From positions 1 through 64,000 of the IMG/VR virus record IMGVR_UViG_3300011116_001048: 64,000 nt of DNA. The stretch is one strand, 5' to 3'. The notes beneath the pieces were generated by a model. It was given only the letters and a program-made list of their open reading frames with translations. It searched no databases and was not told the DNA's origin. Source of the stretch: a virus. Positions 7,707 through 15,553 of the stretch are shown here, piece after piece (within the stretch, counting starts at the first letter, position 1; each line of letters opens with the position of its first letter). Position numbers and translations under genes: made by a program.

Positions 7707-8078
7707 ATGACCAATACTCTGATCGATTCGTATTTGGAGCAGGCGTTTCCGTTGTGTATGGAACTGCCTCGCCAAAAGAAGCACGTTTCTTTCATTCTCC
7801 ACAAGAACCGAATCGTAGCTACAGGTCGTAATTTCTTCAAAACTCATCCCAAGGCCAAGGTTATTGGTTATCCGTTTGACGAGATGCATTCAGAACTGGA
7901 TGCGTACCGTAAGGTGCCGTACAATCTTCGTAATAAGAAGTTGACGCTTCTCAACGTTCGTTTTAATCGTTTTGGTGAACTTCGTATGGCCAAGCCGTGC
8001 GAACTGTGTCTTCCGTGGTGTCGTGAAATTTTTCATGAAATTAACTACACCACCGATCAGGGAATTATTACTCTATGA
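7707..8078 (+). CDS. cytidine/dCMP deaminase-fold zinc protein
   Basis: H-x-E (MHSELDA) and P-C-x-x-C (KPCELC) zinc ligands; IVATGRN strand. Confidence 0.8.
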   Translation: MTNTLIDSYLEQAFPLCMELPRQKKHVSFILHKNRIVATGRNFFKTHPKAKVIGYPFDEMHSELDAYRKVPYNLRNKKLTLLNVRFNRFGELRMAKPCELCLPWCREIFHEINYTTDQGIITL

Positions 8079-8269
8079 GAAATTGTAAACCTAGTGATGT
8101 GCAAGCCCTAGAAGTTATATGCGGTAATTTACACCAGATAAGCACAGAAATCTCTGTAATAAATGGTAAGTTAAACAAGCTTCGTAAAGAGATTGAAAAT
8201 TACGTAAATCAAGAACAGGAACCAATCGATGTTTCGACTCCACATGGACTTTCCGCTGACAACGCCTGA
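8075..8269 (+). CDS. hypothetical protein (coiled coil)
   Basis: ATGA overlap with upstream stop. Confidence 0.55.
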   Translation: MRNCKPSDVQALEVICGNLHQISTEISVINGKLNKLRKEIENYVNQEQEPIDVSTPHGLSADNA

Positions 8270-8483
8270 AACAGATTCTGCTAATACTTGTAATCGTTTT
8301 GTCGAATTTCTTCAGCAACACAAGGACGTTTTGATTGATATGGGATTTGCTGATATCAATTTTCGCCTTGGTCACGATCAAGATCGTCAAAAGTCAAACT
8401 ATCTGATCAAGAATGAAAACGGGCATGTTGCTAATAAAAAGTCACGAATTAACTTGCTTCCCGCCGAATCTGATGTAGAATAA
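8229..8483 (+). CDS. hypothetical protein
   Basis: ORF filling the gap to tRNA-Ile; exact start uncertain. Confidence 0.55.
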   Translation: MFRLHMDFPLTTPETDSANTCNRFVEFLQQHKDVLIDMGFADINFRLGHDQDRQKSNYLIKNENGHVANKKSRINLLPAESDVE

Positions 8484-8489
8484 GACTAT

Positions 8490-8561
8490 GGGATGCACGT
8501 GTCGGGTGGCACAGGATTGCTTATAACGATCTACCGCAGAGTTCGAGTCTCTGGCATCCTA
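8490..8561 (+). tRNA. tRNA-Ile(UAU), atypical D-arm
   Basis: GGGATGC/GCATCCT, GATTG-CTTATAA-CGATC (anticodon TAT 8522-24), CAGAG-TTCGAGT-CTCTG, discriminator A; position 8 is A and the D-loop is small. Confidence 0.82.
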
Positions 8562-8567
8562 CTACAT

Positions 8568-8765
8568 ATGTACATGAATAAACCCAATCCTCTAGCAGAT
8601 AAAGTGACCAAGTATGTGCTGGAATATCTACTGAATAGATTTGATCTACAACCCGGTGATGTTAATAATATCCGAATGATTATTACCAGATCACTAAACA
8701 AAAACAACAAACAACCAATCGTTCCAGTAATTAAAAAGAAAAAGAACAAAGGCCCCATAGATTAA
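8568..8765 (+). CDS. hypothetical basic protein; stop codon lies inside tRNA-Glu
   Basis: In-frame ATGs at 8568/8574 just after tRNA-Ile; TAA 8763-65. Confidence 0.6.
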   Translation: MYMNKPNPLADKVTKYVLEYLLNRFDLQPGDVNNIRMIITRSLNKNNKQPIVPVIKKKKNKGPID

Positions 8766-8824
8766 CTGGCCAAATCCTCGCCCTTTCACGGCGATGACTG
8801 CGGGTTCGAGTCCCGCTGGGGTCA
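8751..8824 (+). tRNA. tRNA-Glu(UUC)
   Basis: GGCCCCA/TGGGGTC, TCGCC-CTTTCAC-GGCGA, GCGGG-TTCGAGT-CCCGC; no CCA. Confidence 0.95.
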
Positions 8825-8831
8825 CTACATT

Positions 8832-9761
8832 ATGCCTATTCGCAATATCGGTTACGCCTGTCAAAACCTGTCCATCAATGAGAACGTCAAGAAGAAAGAT
8901 TATATTACTTCTGATCGTACTCTCCGTATGTCAGGGTTTAGCCTTGATCGCTGCGGTCAGCTTGCTGCGGTTAATACGCGAGATCTGGTAAAGATCATGG
9001 AATGGAATGCTGATAACGGAATTAAACTATTCCGTGTCGGTAGTGGAATTTTTCCGTTCATGGATCATCCAGAACTAGGATACAAGCTTCATTATCTGGA
9101 CGAAGCCCACCAGAAGCTCATTACAGCCCATATGAACGAGGCTGGCCGTATTGCCCGTGAGGCGGGTATTCGCCTGTCATGCCATCCGGGGCCGTATACG
9201 TGCCTTGCAAGCCCTAATACAGCCATCGTACAAAAGTCTATCATGTGTCTGGAAATGCACCAGCTGATTGGTGACCTGTTGGGTCATGCAGACGACTTTA
9301 ATATTAATATTCACGTTGGTGGTGTGTATGAGGACAAGGCTACTACCGCCAAGCGTTTCTGCGACACGTACAAGATCTTGAACCCCAACCTTCAGCGTCA
9401 ACTCACTGTGGAAAACGATGACAAGGAATCTATGTGGAGTCCCATGGATCTGTACAATATGATTTACTCTGGTTGTGGTGTGCGTCTGGTGTACGATTAC
9501 CATCACCATAGATTTTGTCATAATATGGAAACTGTTGACCGTGCTGTGGAACTGTGTTTTTCCACTTGGCCAGAAGATCAAGTTCCGGACACGCACTATT
9601 CTGAATCTGCGATTGGTAAGCGTCCTCAGGCCCATTCTGATTATATCGAAGGTCCTCTGCCTGTATTCGATACGGACAGAGAATACGATGTTATGCTGGA
9701 GACCAAGGCCAAGGATCTTGCTCTCAAAAAGTACTTGACAGAACACGCGGGTGTGGTATAA
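8832..9761 (+). CDS. uvsE: UV-damage endonuclease
   Basis: IGYAC, IKLFRVGSGIFPF, RLSCHPGPY, NIHVGG, LTVENDD, VYDYHHH, HYSES, HSDYI, MLETKAKDLA. Confidence 0.93.
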   Translation: MPIRNIGYACQNLSINENVKKKDYITSDRTLRMSGFSLDRCGQLAAVNTRDLVKIMEWNADNGIKLFRVGSGIFPFMDHPELGYKLHYLDEAHQKLITAHMNEAGRIAREAGIRLSCHPGPYTCLASPNTAIVQKSIMCLEMHQLIGDLLGHADDFNINIHVGGVYEDKATTAKRFCDTYKILNPNLQRQLTVENDDKESMWSPMDLYNMIYSGCGVRLVYDYHHHRFCHNMETVDRAVELCFSTWPEDQVPDTHYSESAIGKRPQAHSDYIEGPLPVFDTDREYDVMLETKAKDLALKKYLTEHAGVV

Positions 9762-9817
9762 TGGTAGCACGACTGCCTTCCAAGCAGTAGACAAGGGTTC
9801 GATTCCCTTTACCCGCA
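9747..9817 (+). tRNA. tRNA-Gly(UCC)
   Basis: GCGGGTG/TACCCGC, ACTGC-CTTCCAA-GCAGT, AAGGG-TTCGATT-CCCTT; overlaps last 15 nt of uvsE; no CCA. Confidence 0.93.
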
Positions 9818-9819
9818 TT

Positions 9820-10170
9820 ATGAAAAAGTTTAATACATTTAAAATCTGGTTTGGTAAAAAACTGATTGATTGGGGATTTGGTATTCTACTCCGTATGGAC
9901 GACCGTAGTTGGAGTCCTCAACGAGAGTGCTATACAGGATCTATTAAACAGTTTAAATACACTGTTGGTTCGTGGTTAGTAAAACACGGAATGCGTATGG
10001 AAAGTCACGGCTTAAATAAAGTAGGCTGGCCAGGATTTTCAGAATTTAAGTATTACGACAAGAATTTTTATCTAGGTAACAACCCGTACACTCAAAAGTT
10101 TAAGAAAAAGAAGAAGCGCAACAATGACGACGGACCCGACTTTGGAAACTTGTTCAAGGACTGGCAGTGA
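9820..10170 (+). CDS. hypothetical protein
   Basis: ATG 9820 two nt after tRNA-Gly; the longer ORF-track start lies inside the tRNA. Confidence 0.65.
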   Translation: MKKFNTFKIWFGKKLIDWGFGILLRMDDRSWSPQRECYTGSIKQFKYTVGSWLVKHGMRMESHGLNKVGWPGFSEFKYYDKNFYLGNNPYTQKFKKKKKRNNDDGPDFGNLFKDWQ

Positions 10171-10708
10171 ATCACGAAACATCATTGATCACTACCATTA
10201 CTGGAAGCATGAAGCGATTCTCGCAGACCTTGACACACGAGCGAATAACTTCTCTGTTCTTTGCAGCAATCTATATAACGACTTTAACATCGCTACTTGC
10301 ATTAGGAACAGTAACGCTTTTTTGGCTAAGAAAGTGGTTATCTACGGGTCTAAGCAATATGATCGTCGTGGTACTGTTGGTACTCACCACTATGTGCGTA
10401 TGCTACACGCTGGAACGTTTCCGGGGCTGGTGCAAACGCTGGATTCCCTGAGACAAGAGGTAGGGATGCCTCTCCACCTTGTGGCCGTGGATAACGTGCC
10501 AGGAGCCAGTAGGATCGATTCGTACGCGTGGCCCAAGGAGAAGCACGTAGTTATGATGTTTGGTCAGGAACAGGTGGGCTTGCCCGAGGAACTGCTCCGT
10601 ATTGCGGATGATGTAGTGTACATTGCACAATACGGTTCCGTACGTAGTCTAAACGTGGGAACCGCATCGGGAGTCGTGATGTACGATTACTGTGCTAAGG
10701 TTTTGTAA
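10124..10708 (+). CDS. SpoU/TrmH-family RNA 2'-O-methyltransferase
   Basis: DFNIATCIRNSNAF (motif 1), MFGQEQVGL (motif 2), IAQYGSVRSLNVGTASGVVMY (motif 3). Confidence 0.9.
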   Translation: MTTDPTLETCSRTGSESRNIIDHYHYWKHEAILADLDTRANNFSVLCSNLYNDFNIATCIRNSNAFLAKKVVIYGSKQYDRRGTVGTHHYVRMLHAGTFPGLVQTLDSLRQEVGMPLHLVAVDNVPGASRIDSYAWPKEKHVVMMFGQEQVGLPEELLRIADDVVYIAQYGSVRSLNVGTASGVVMYDYCAKVL

Positions 10709-10709
10709 A

Positions 10710-11171
10710 TTACTTTTTTGATGGTTTGGACGGTTTTATTTTTTGTGTGGTAGTAAACGGATTTTGTTCTTTACCTAATCCGTAAGCAATTCCACCCATT
10801 CCGCCAAGAGTTCCGTAACCAATACCGGATCCTGCTATAACAGCACCTAACGGTTCGCCTGTTGCCATAGCTGCACCACCTATACCACCGATTACAGGAA
10901 TTGCTGGAACTCCTACTGCTGCAATTGTTTTTAGATTGGCACTCTGCCTTTCTTCTTCTGCAGTGTCCCATTCTTTTTCCAGTTCTTTTTTGACTCGTTT
11001 ACCGTACTCTTGATATTGGGCAGGAGCCTCTCCAGGTCTAATGGGTCTCATGGCAGGCTGCATGGGTTCGCCTTGCTGACCTGGAGCACCAACGTTCAAG
11101 CTGCTTTCAGCTAAACGCATGTGAACCATATCCACATACGTTTCTTTAAGTTGTTGCATCCAGCGTTCCAT
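10710..11171 (-). CDS. hypothetical protein with Gly/Ala-rich hydrophobic C-terminal helices
   Basis: ORF with AAGGA SD; N-terminal L-x-E motifs (QLKE, RLAE); glycine-zipper-like GGIGGAAMATG...GTLGGMGGIAYGLG. Confidence 0.6.
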   Translation of the reverse strand: MERWMQQLKETYVDMVHMRLAESSLNVGAPGQQGEPMQPAMRPIRPGEAPAQYQEYGKRVKKELEKEWDTAEEERQSANLKTIAAVGVPAIPVIGGIGGAAMATGEPLGAVIAGSGIGYGTLGGMGGIAYGLGKEQNPFTTTQKIKPSKPSKK

Positions 11172-11216
11172 GGGTGTTTTCCTTTTTAATTATATATTAA
11201 TTTCATAAAAAGAACT

Positions 11217-11250
11217 AAGGGCTCTCACCGTCACAGGTGGGAGCCCTTTT
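11217..11250. terminator. bidirectional rho-independent terminator
   Basis: AAGGGCTCTCACC-GTCACA-GGTGGGAGCCCTT with T runs on both strands. Confidence 0.75.
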
Positions 11251-11272
11251 GTTCCATTCGGATGTAAAATCT

Positions 11273-11386
11273 TTACTTTTTGCGGCTGGACTTCTTACAG
11301 GTTTTTTTGGTGCAGGTTTGGGGGTTGAGGTTTAGTTTGACTAATATTGCGTTAAATTTGGATTTAATCCAGTTTAATAATTTCAT
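11273..11386 (-). CDS. small basic peptide (37 aa)
   Basis: MKLLNWIKSKFNAILVKLNLNPQTCTKKTCKKSSRKK; AAGGG SD, minus-strand ATAAATA at 11406-12, terminator downstream. Confidence 0.55.
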   Translation of the reverse strand: MKLLNWIKSKFNAILVKLNLNPQTCTKKTCKKSSRKK

Positions 11387-11482
11387 GTAAATTCCCTTTC
11401 TACTGTATTTATTGAAAACGGATTTTCTATAGATACTGTGCATCCCCACCCGGGTGCATTATATACTGTAGGAGAACACGCA

Positions 11483-11830
11483 ATGGTAGATAAACTGTTA
11501 GGACTTCAAACTCAACTACGAATGCTTCACTGGGGTACTGGTTCTTACGCAGAGCATAAAGCTCTAGGTAAGGCGTACGAAGGTCTAGACGGTCTTATCG
11601 ACACTTTTGTGGAAACGTGGATGGGTGTACACGGTAAGAGCCTACCAACCGTGCGTCTAGAGCTCAAGCCGTACACTCCCGGTGCTGCTGACAAGCTTCT
11701 AGACCAAGCGGTACTGTTCCTGACCGGTGAATTAAACAACACTGTTACTCACAACACCGATCTGTTAAACATCCGTGACGAAATGTTAGGTCTGGTTCAC
11801 CACACTAAATACTTACTGACATTGAAATAA
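11483..11830 (+). CDS. ferritin/Dps-like four-helix protein (DUF5856-type)
   Basis: QLRMLHWGT.SYAEHKALG..YE.L..LID.FVE...G and LLNIRDEML...YLLTL; SD AGGAGA before ATG 11483. Confidence 0.75.
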   Translation: MVDKLLGLQTQLRMLHWGTGSYAEHKALGKAYEGLDGLIDTFVETWMGVHGKSLPTVRLELKPYTPGAADKLLDQAVLFLTGELNNTVTHNTDLLNIRDEMLGLVHHTKYLLTLK

Positions 11831-11855
11831 AGTGTTCTTTATTTCCGTGTAGATT

Positions 11856-14171
11856 ATGAGCAGAATTCCTCCTTGTTGTTGTGAGCCACTGGACCAATGC
11901 GCTTATATGTTTCTCAGACCAAAGGCTTTAAGCATATGGCCGAGTTTTGCTACACCTTCTATAAAATTATGGGCAAATAAAATTATAGGTTATACTGGCA
12001 CTAATGCGGAAGGTTATTTTGAACACGCATCAGGAATCACTGGGTGTACTGCTTACGTTAATAATGGTAAAAAATATTTAAAAAATATTGGTATTTTTCC
12101 GGATAAAGTTATTCATTCTGCTAATTTTTTAGCAGAAATACCAGGAGACAATCTTAATTTTTATGGAGCTACACCAGCAGTTCCTAATCCCCCATATAGA
12201 ACATTCGTATTTGGTAGTATAGTATTGCCTAAAAAATATGAAGGTATTACCTTACAAAATACTGTTGTTACAGAAACAGGAGAAATAAAATACGTTTACG
12301 CTAAAGGCAGAACCCCACCTTCTATTTCTTTGTTTTTTGAAACTGGAGCATGCCCCACATATCAAAGAGACGATAACGATAGAGCTGTGGCAGGAGATAC
12401 AGCAGGATATAATGAAAATAATGTGGCATATTTTTCGGTGGTATATTCTGATGATGCTAATAATTTATTTAAAGATAAAAATTTAAGTGTAATTTATTCT
12501 GTAGACCCTACAATAAATATTCCTAACGGAATATGGAATCCCAATCCGGCAATATTTCCCGGCTGTAGTCCGTGTAGAGTAAGAAATCCGGTAACAGATT
12601 TGTACAGGTGTTGGAACAGACCAGATATTGAGTGTGGTGGAGTTCCTTATGCGTATTTTCAAACGATACCAGAACCGATTGAAATATTGTCTTTAAATCT
12701 TGCACAATGTCGAACAGATGCTGGAGAAAGATTTATATCTGTAACAGATACAACTAAAATTGCCCAATTTGAACTATTAAAGGCAATAGAAACAAGTAAT
12801 TCAGAGTGTAAAAATACGATAATACCTTCTGGCTGTATAGACCAAAAAACATTTGCAGTAGAACAATGCAATCCCAGCGAACCAACTGTGCCTTCAGGAA
12901 CAATAAACTGTAAACCAAATTCTAATATTGGTAAAGGTAAAAAAAATACAGTTCAATGTAACAAATATTCCGAAGTTGACTGCAATAATAATCCTGCTTG
13001 TCAAGATTGTAGTATCATGTGTCCGTCTAGAACTTTAGTGGTAGAATTTGTATTTGAGCGATATAAAAGATTTTTCAATGTATGTGATCAGTTTGATTAT
13101 TGTGGTTGTTTCACTGATGAAGAAATATATTCACTTGTTGCAACAAACACAAAAGATCTTGATACTTTTGTTCCAGATTCTCGTTGTGGTACAACCACAG
13201 GAACACTAGAAGGTGGTCAAAGAACCTACGAATGTGTGTATTCTACTGTTGTTGTTGGGCCCTGCGATATAGAAAAACAGTTTACTTTTAATTATACAGA
13301 ATTTGGTAAAGGAACTTATGGTGGAGAAGGCTGTAATCCTGCTGGTAATTTTGATTACAACTCTCCAAAAGTAGCAACACTTGGTCCGTTTTGGGGATCT
13401 TGCTCTCCGTTTGTGATAAATGGTAAAATTAGTTGTGGATTTCAAGGTCCGGGATCCGGATGCTGTTGCTGTTGTGCGGTGACAGACGATAGTTGCGGAA
13501 CTGCTACACCAAATAATCCACCAGATGGTAATGCGGTATTTTTAAAATACACACACGTACCAAATTATACTATAAATCCTTATTTAATGTTTACTAATAA
13601 TCGTGAGTATTTTGATATTGATAATATCAAAGGAATTTCATATCCTAATTTTAGTAAATATATAGCAGATTACACTAAAACATGGATAGCAGATAGACAA
13701 GATTTATACCCTGCTGCTCAGGGATATAAACCATACTTTAAAAATCCTCAATGTTCTATTTCTGTCCCAAGATATTTTATATTCAATGAATCGTTACCGT
13801 TTACTCTTTCGCCCAATTTAGCATACGATTCGTCTATATGTGCAATAAAATATGAACAATTACCAAATTATGATGTTCCGTGTCAGGCTATGTTTGGTGT
13901 AACTGGCGGTACAATTTATTCTTGCGCAAAAAATATAAAACATAATTTGTTGGAAGAAAGATCATTTCAAATAGCATGTGCTAATCAGTATGACACATCC
14001 GCATGCTGGAAAGAAATAAAAACACATTATGAAATATATGAAAAGGAATACTATGGTATTTGTAATGGTATTGGTGTTACGTTAACAATACAACTTCCTA
14101 TAGGGTTAACATTAACAGACTGTACCAATATTTTATCTTGGGATATTTTAAGTAAAGCTCCAAAACGTTAA
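11856..14171 (+). CDS. large Cys-rich probable virion protein
   Basis: 771 aa, about 43 Cys including N-terminal PPCCC and internal CCCCC; AT-rich like the structural module. Confidence 0.65.
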   Translation: MSRIPPCCCEPLDQCAYMFLRPKALSIWPSFATPSIKLWANKIIGYTGTNAEGYFEHASGITGCTAYVNNGKKYLKNIGIFPDKVIHSANFLAEIPGDNLNFYGATPAVPNPPYRTFVFGSIVLPKKYEGITLQNTVVTETGEIKYVYAKGRTPPSISLFFETGACPTYQRDDNDRAVAGDTAGYNENNVAYFSVVYSDDANNLFKDKNLSVIYSVDPTINIPNGIWNPNPAIFPGCSPCRVRNPVTDLYRCWNRPDIECGGVPYAYFQTIPEPIEILSLNLAQCRTDAGERFISVTDTTKIAQFELLKAIETSNSECKNTIIPSGCIDQKTFAVEQCNPSEPTVPSGTINCKPNSNIGKGKKNTVQCNKYSEVDCNNNPACQDCSIMCPSRTLVVEFVFERYKRFFNVCDQFDYCGCFTDEEIYSLVATNTKDLDTFVPDSRCGTTTGTLEGGQRTYECVYSTVVVGPCDIEKQFTFNYTEFGKGTYGGEGCNPAGNFDYNSPKVATLGPFWGSCSPFVINGKISCGFQGPGSGCCCCCAVTDDSCGTATPNNPPDGNAVFLKYTHVPNYTINPYLMFTNNREYFDIDNIKGISYPNFSKYIADYTKTWIADRQDLYPAAQGYKPYFKNPQCSISVPRYFIFNESLPFTLSPNLAYDSSICAIKYEQLPNYDVPCQAMFGVTGGTIYSCAKNIKHNLLEERSFQIACANQYDTSACWKEIKTHYEIYEKEYYGICNGIGVTLTIQLPIGLTLTDCTNILSWDILSKAPKR

Positions 14172-14172
14172 A

Positions 14173-15552
14173 TTAACTAGAAATATAATAGTCTGTTTTT
14201 GTTAATGTAACTTCTTTTGAATTTATTGATATTTTACTCTCAAGATACAAATATAGTGTAGGATAATCATAATAAGTTGTATTAAATAAATGAATACTGT
14301 TCAATCCAGTTCTTTGAACCCCGCCATATATTCCCGTGGTGTATGGGGTATATGTGTTTTCAGTGGTCGAGAATCTAATTATATGATCGGTATTAGATAC
14401 ATCGGATTCTGTTATAGCATATTTAGTTTGTGGTTTTAATATTAATTTTTTATCAGATAATAAATTAGTATTACCACTCAATATGTTTAATGTCAAATTT
14501 GGAGTAGTTTCGTCAATAAAATTGATATATGAACCAAAAACAACATCAGCGGTTTGTAATTCTGCAGCAGAATCAAAACTATTGGATATAACAATTGTCG
14601 TATTAACTACCTCTACAGTTCCAGTTTGATTTGTTATAACATTTAAAACATCAGAACACGAATCGGTTGTGAAAGTGTAACCACTTCTAATACTGCACTG
14701 GTATTCTGTATTATTTGATATTTTATTGCCAGCAGAATTATAACAACACCCAAGATCTCCAGTTAATCCTGCAGTTGAAGTAGTTGTGCCCTTTACGTAA
14801 ACATTTAGTGTGGAAGGCGAACCAATCAGCGACTCTATCGTAGGTGGTATTCCGTAGATAGAATTTATTTTTAAAACTTCTTTATTGTTTATTGTGGTTA
14901 TTTCTGTAATTTCAAATAAACTGTGATTGTTGGTAGAAGACGAATTAACCACTTCTACCACATCTCCTACTGCAACACCCATATACGTTAACGGCTTACT
15001 GGTATTAGGATTCACAGACACCAAAGCGTAATTTACAGTTGAAGCAGTGTATCCCAACGAACCGGTTTTACTTAATTGTGGTGTTCCTGTAAAATAATCA
15101 CCCAGATACACATCAGATGCAGGATTTGTTTCTGTTACTGATACCACATTAGCAAAAGCTTTATAATCACTGTAACTAGCAAACGTTACCGTACAGCTAA
15201 GGTCTGCACTTAATTCTGCAACGTCTAAGTAGTCTCCTTTAATCATGGAGAACGTTTCACCACCGGAAGTCATGTTAGCAAAAAAGCTGTTTATATATTT
15301 TTTATCGGTGGCATTTGCTAAAGTGTAATCAAAGATTACTTTGTTTGTGGCACTTTCGGTGTAAAAAATTAATGTGGGTTTAGACGTTAGGTTTGAGGCG
15401 GTTTTAAACAGCTCTTTATCGTAATTGATAAACTCTAAGTAATAAAATGTGTCGGAACGTGCTAGTGTATACGTTTTACCGTTTACGTATATTACCCCAC
15501 CATCAGTAGAAGTAGTATTTCTATTGGTAAATGTACTAGGATTTGTTCCCAT
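14173..15552 (-). CDS. probable virion structural protein (Thr/Ser-rich beta protein)
   Basis: 459 aa; GCC-x-C-x-C motif; translationally coupled to upstream ORF. Confidence 0.6.
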   Translation of the reverse strand: MGTNPSTFTNRNTTSTDGGVIYVNGKTYTLARSDTFYYLEFINYDKELFKTASNLTSKPTLIFYTESATNKVIFDYTLANATDKKYINSFFANMTSGGETFSMIKGDYLDVAELSADLSCTVTFASYSDYKAFANVVSVTETNPASDVYLGDYFTGTPQLSKTGSLGYTASTVNYALVSVNPNTSKPLTYMGVAVGDVVEVVNSSSTNNHSLFEITEITTINNKEVLKINSIYGIPPTIESLIGSPSTLNVYVKGTTTSTAGLTGDLGCCYNSAGNKISNNTEYQCSIRSGYTFTTDSCSDVLNVITNQTGTVEVVNTTIVISNSFDSAAELQTADVVFGSYINFIDETTPNLTLNILSGNTNLLSDKKLILKPQTKYAITESDVSNTDHIIRFSTTENTYTPYTTGIYGGVQRTGLNSIHLFNTTYYDYPTLYLYLESKISINSKEVTLTKTDYYISS

Positions 15553-15553
15553 A

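Noticed and set aside
8493-9819. Long N-terminal extensions given by the ORF track for ORFs 8493 and 9751
   Set aside because: Their starts lie inside tRNA-Ile and tRNA-Gly; the downstream ATGs (8568/8574, 9820) are more plausible.
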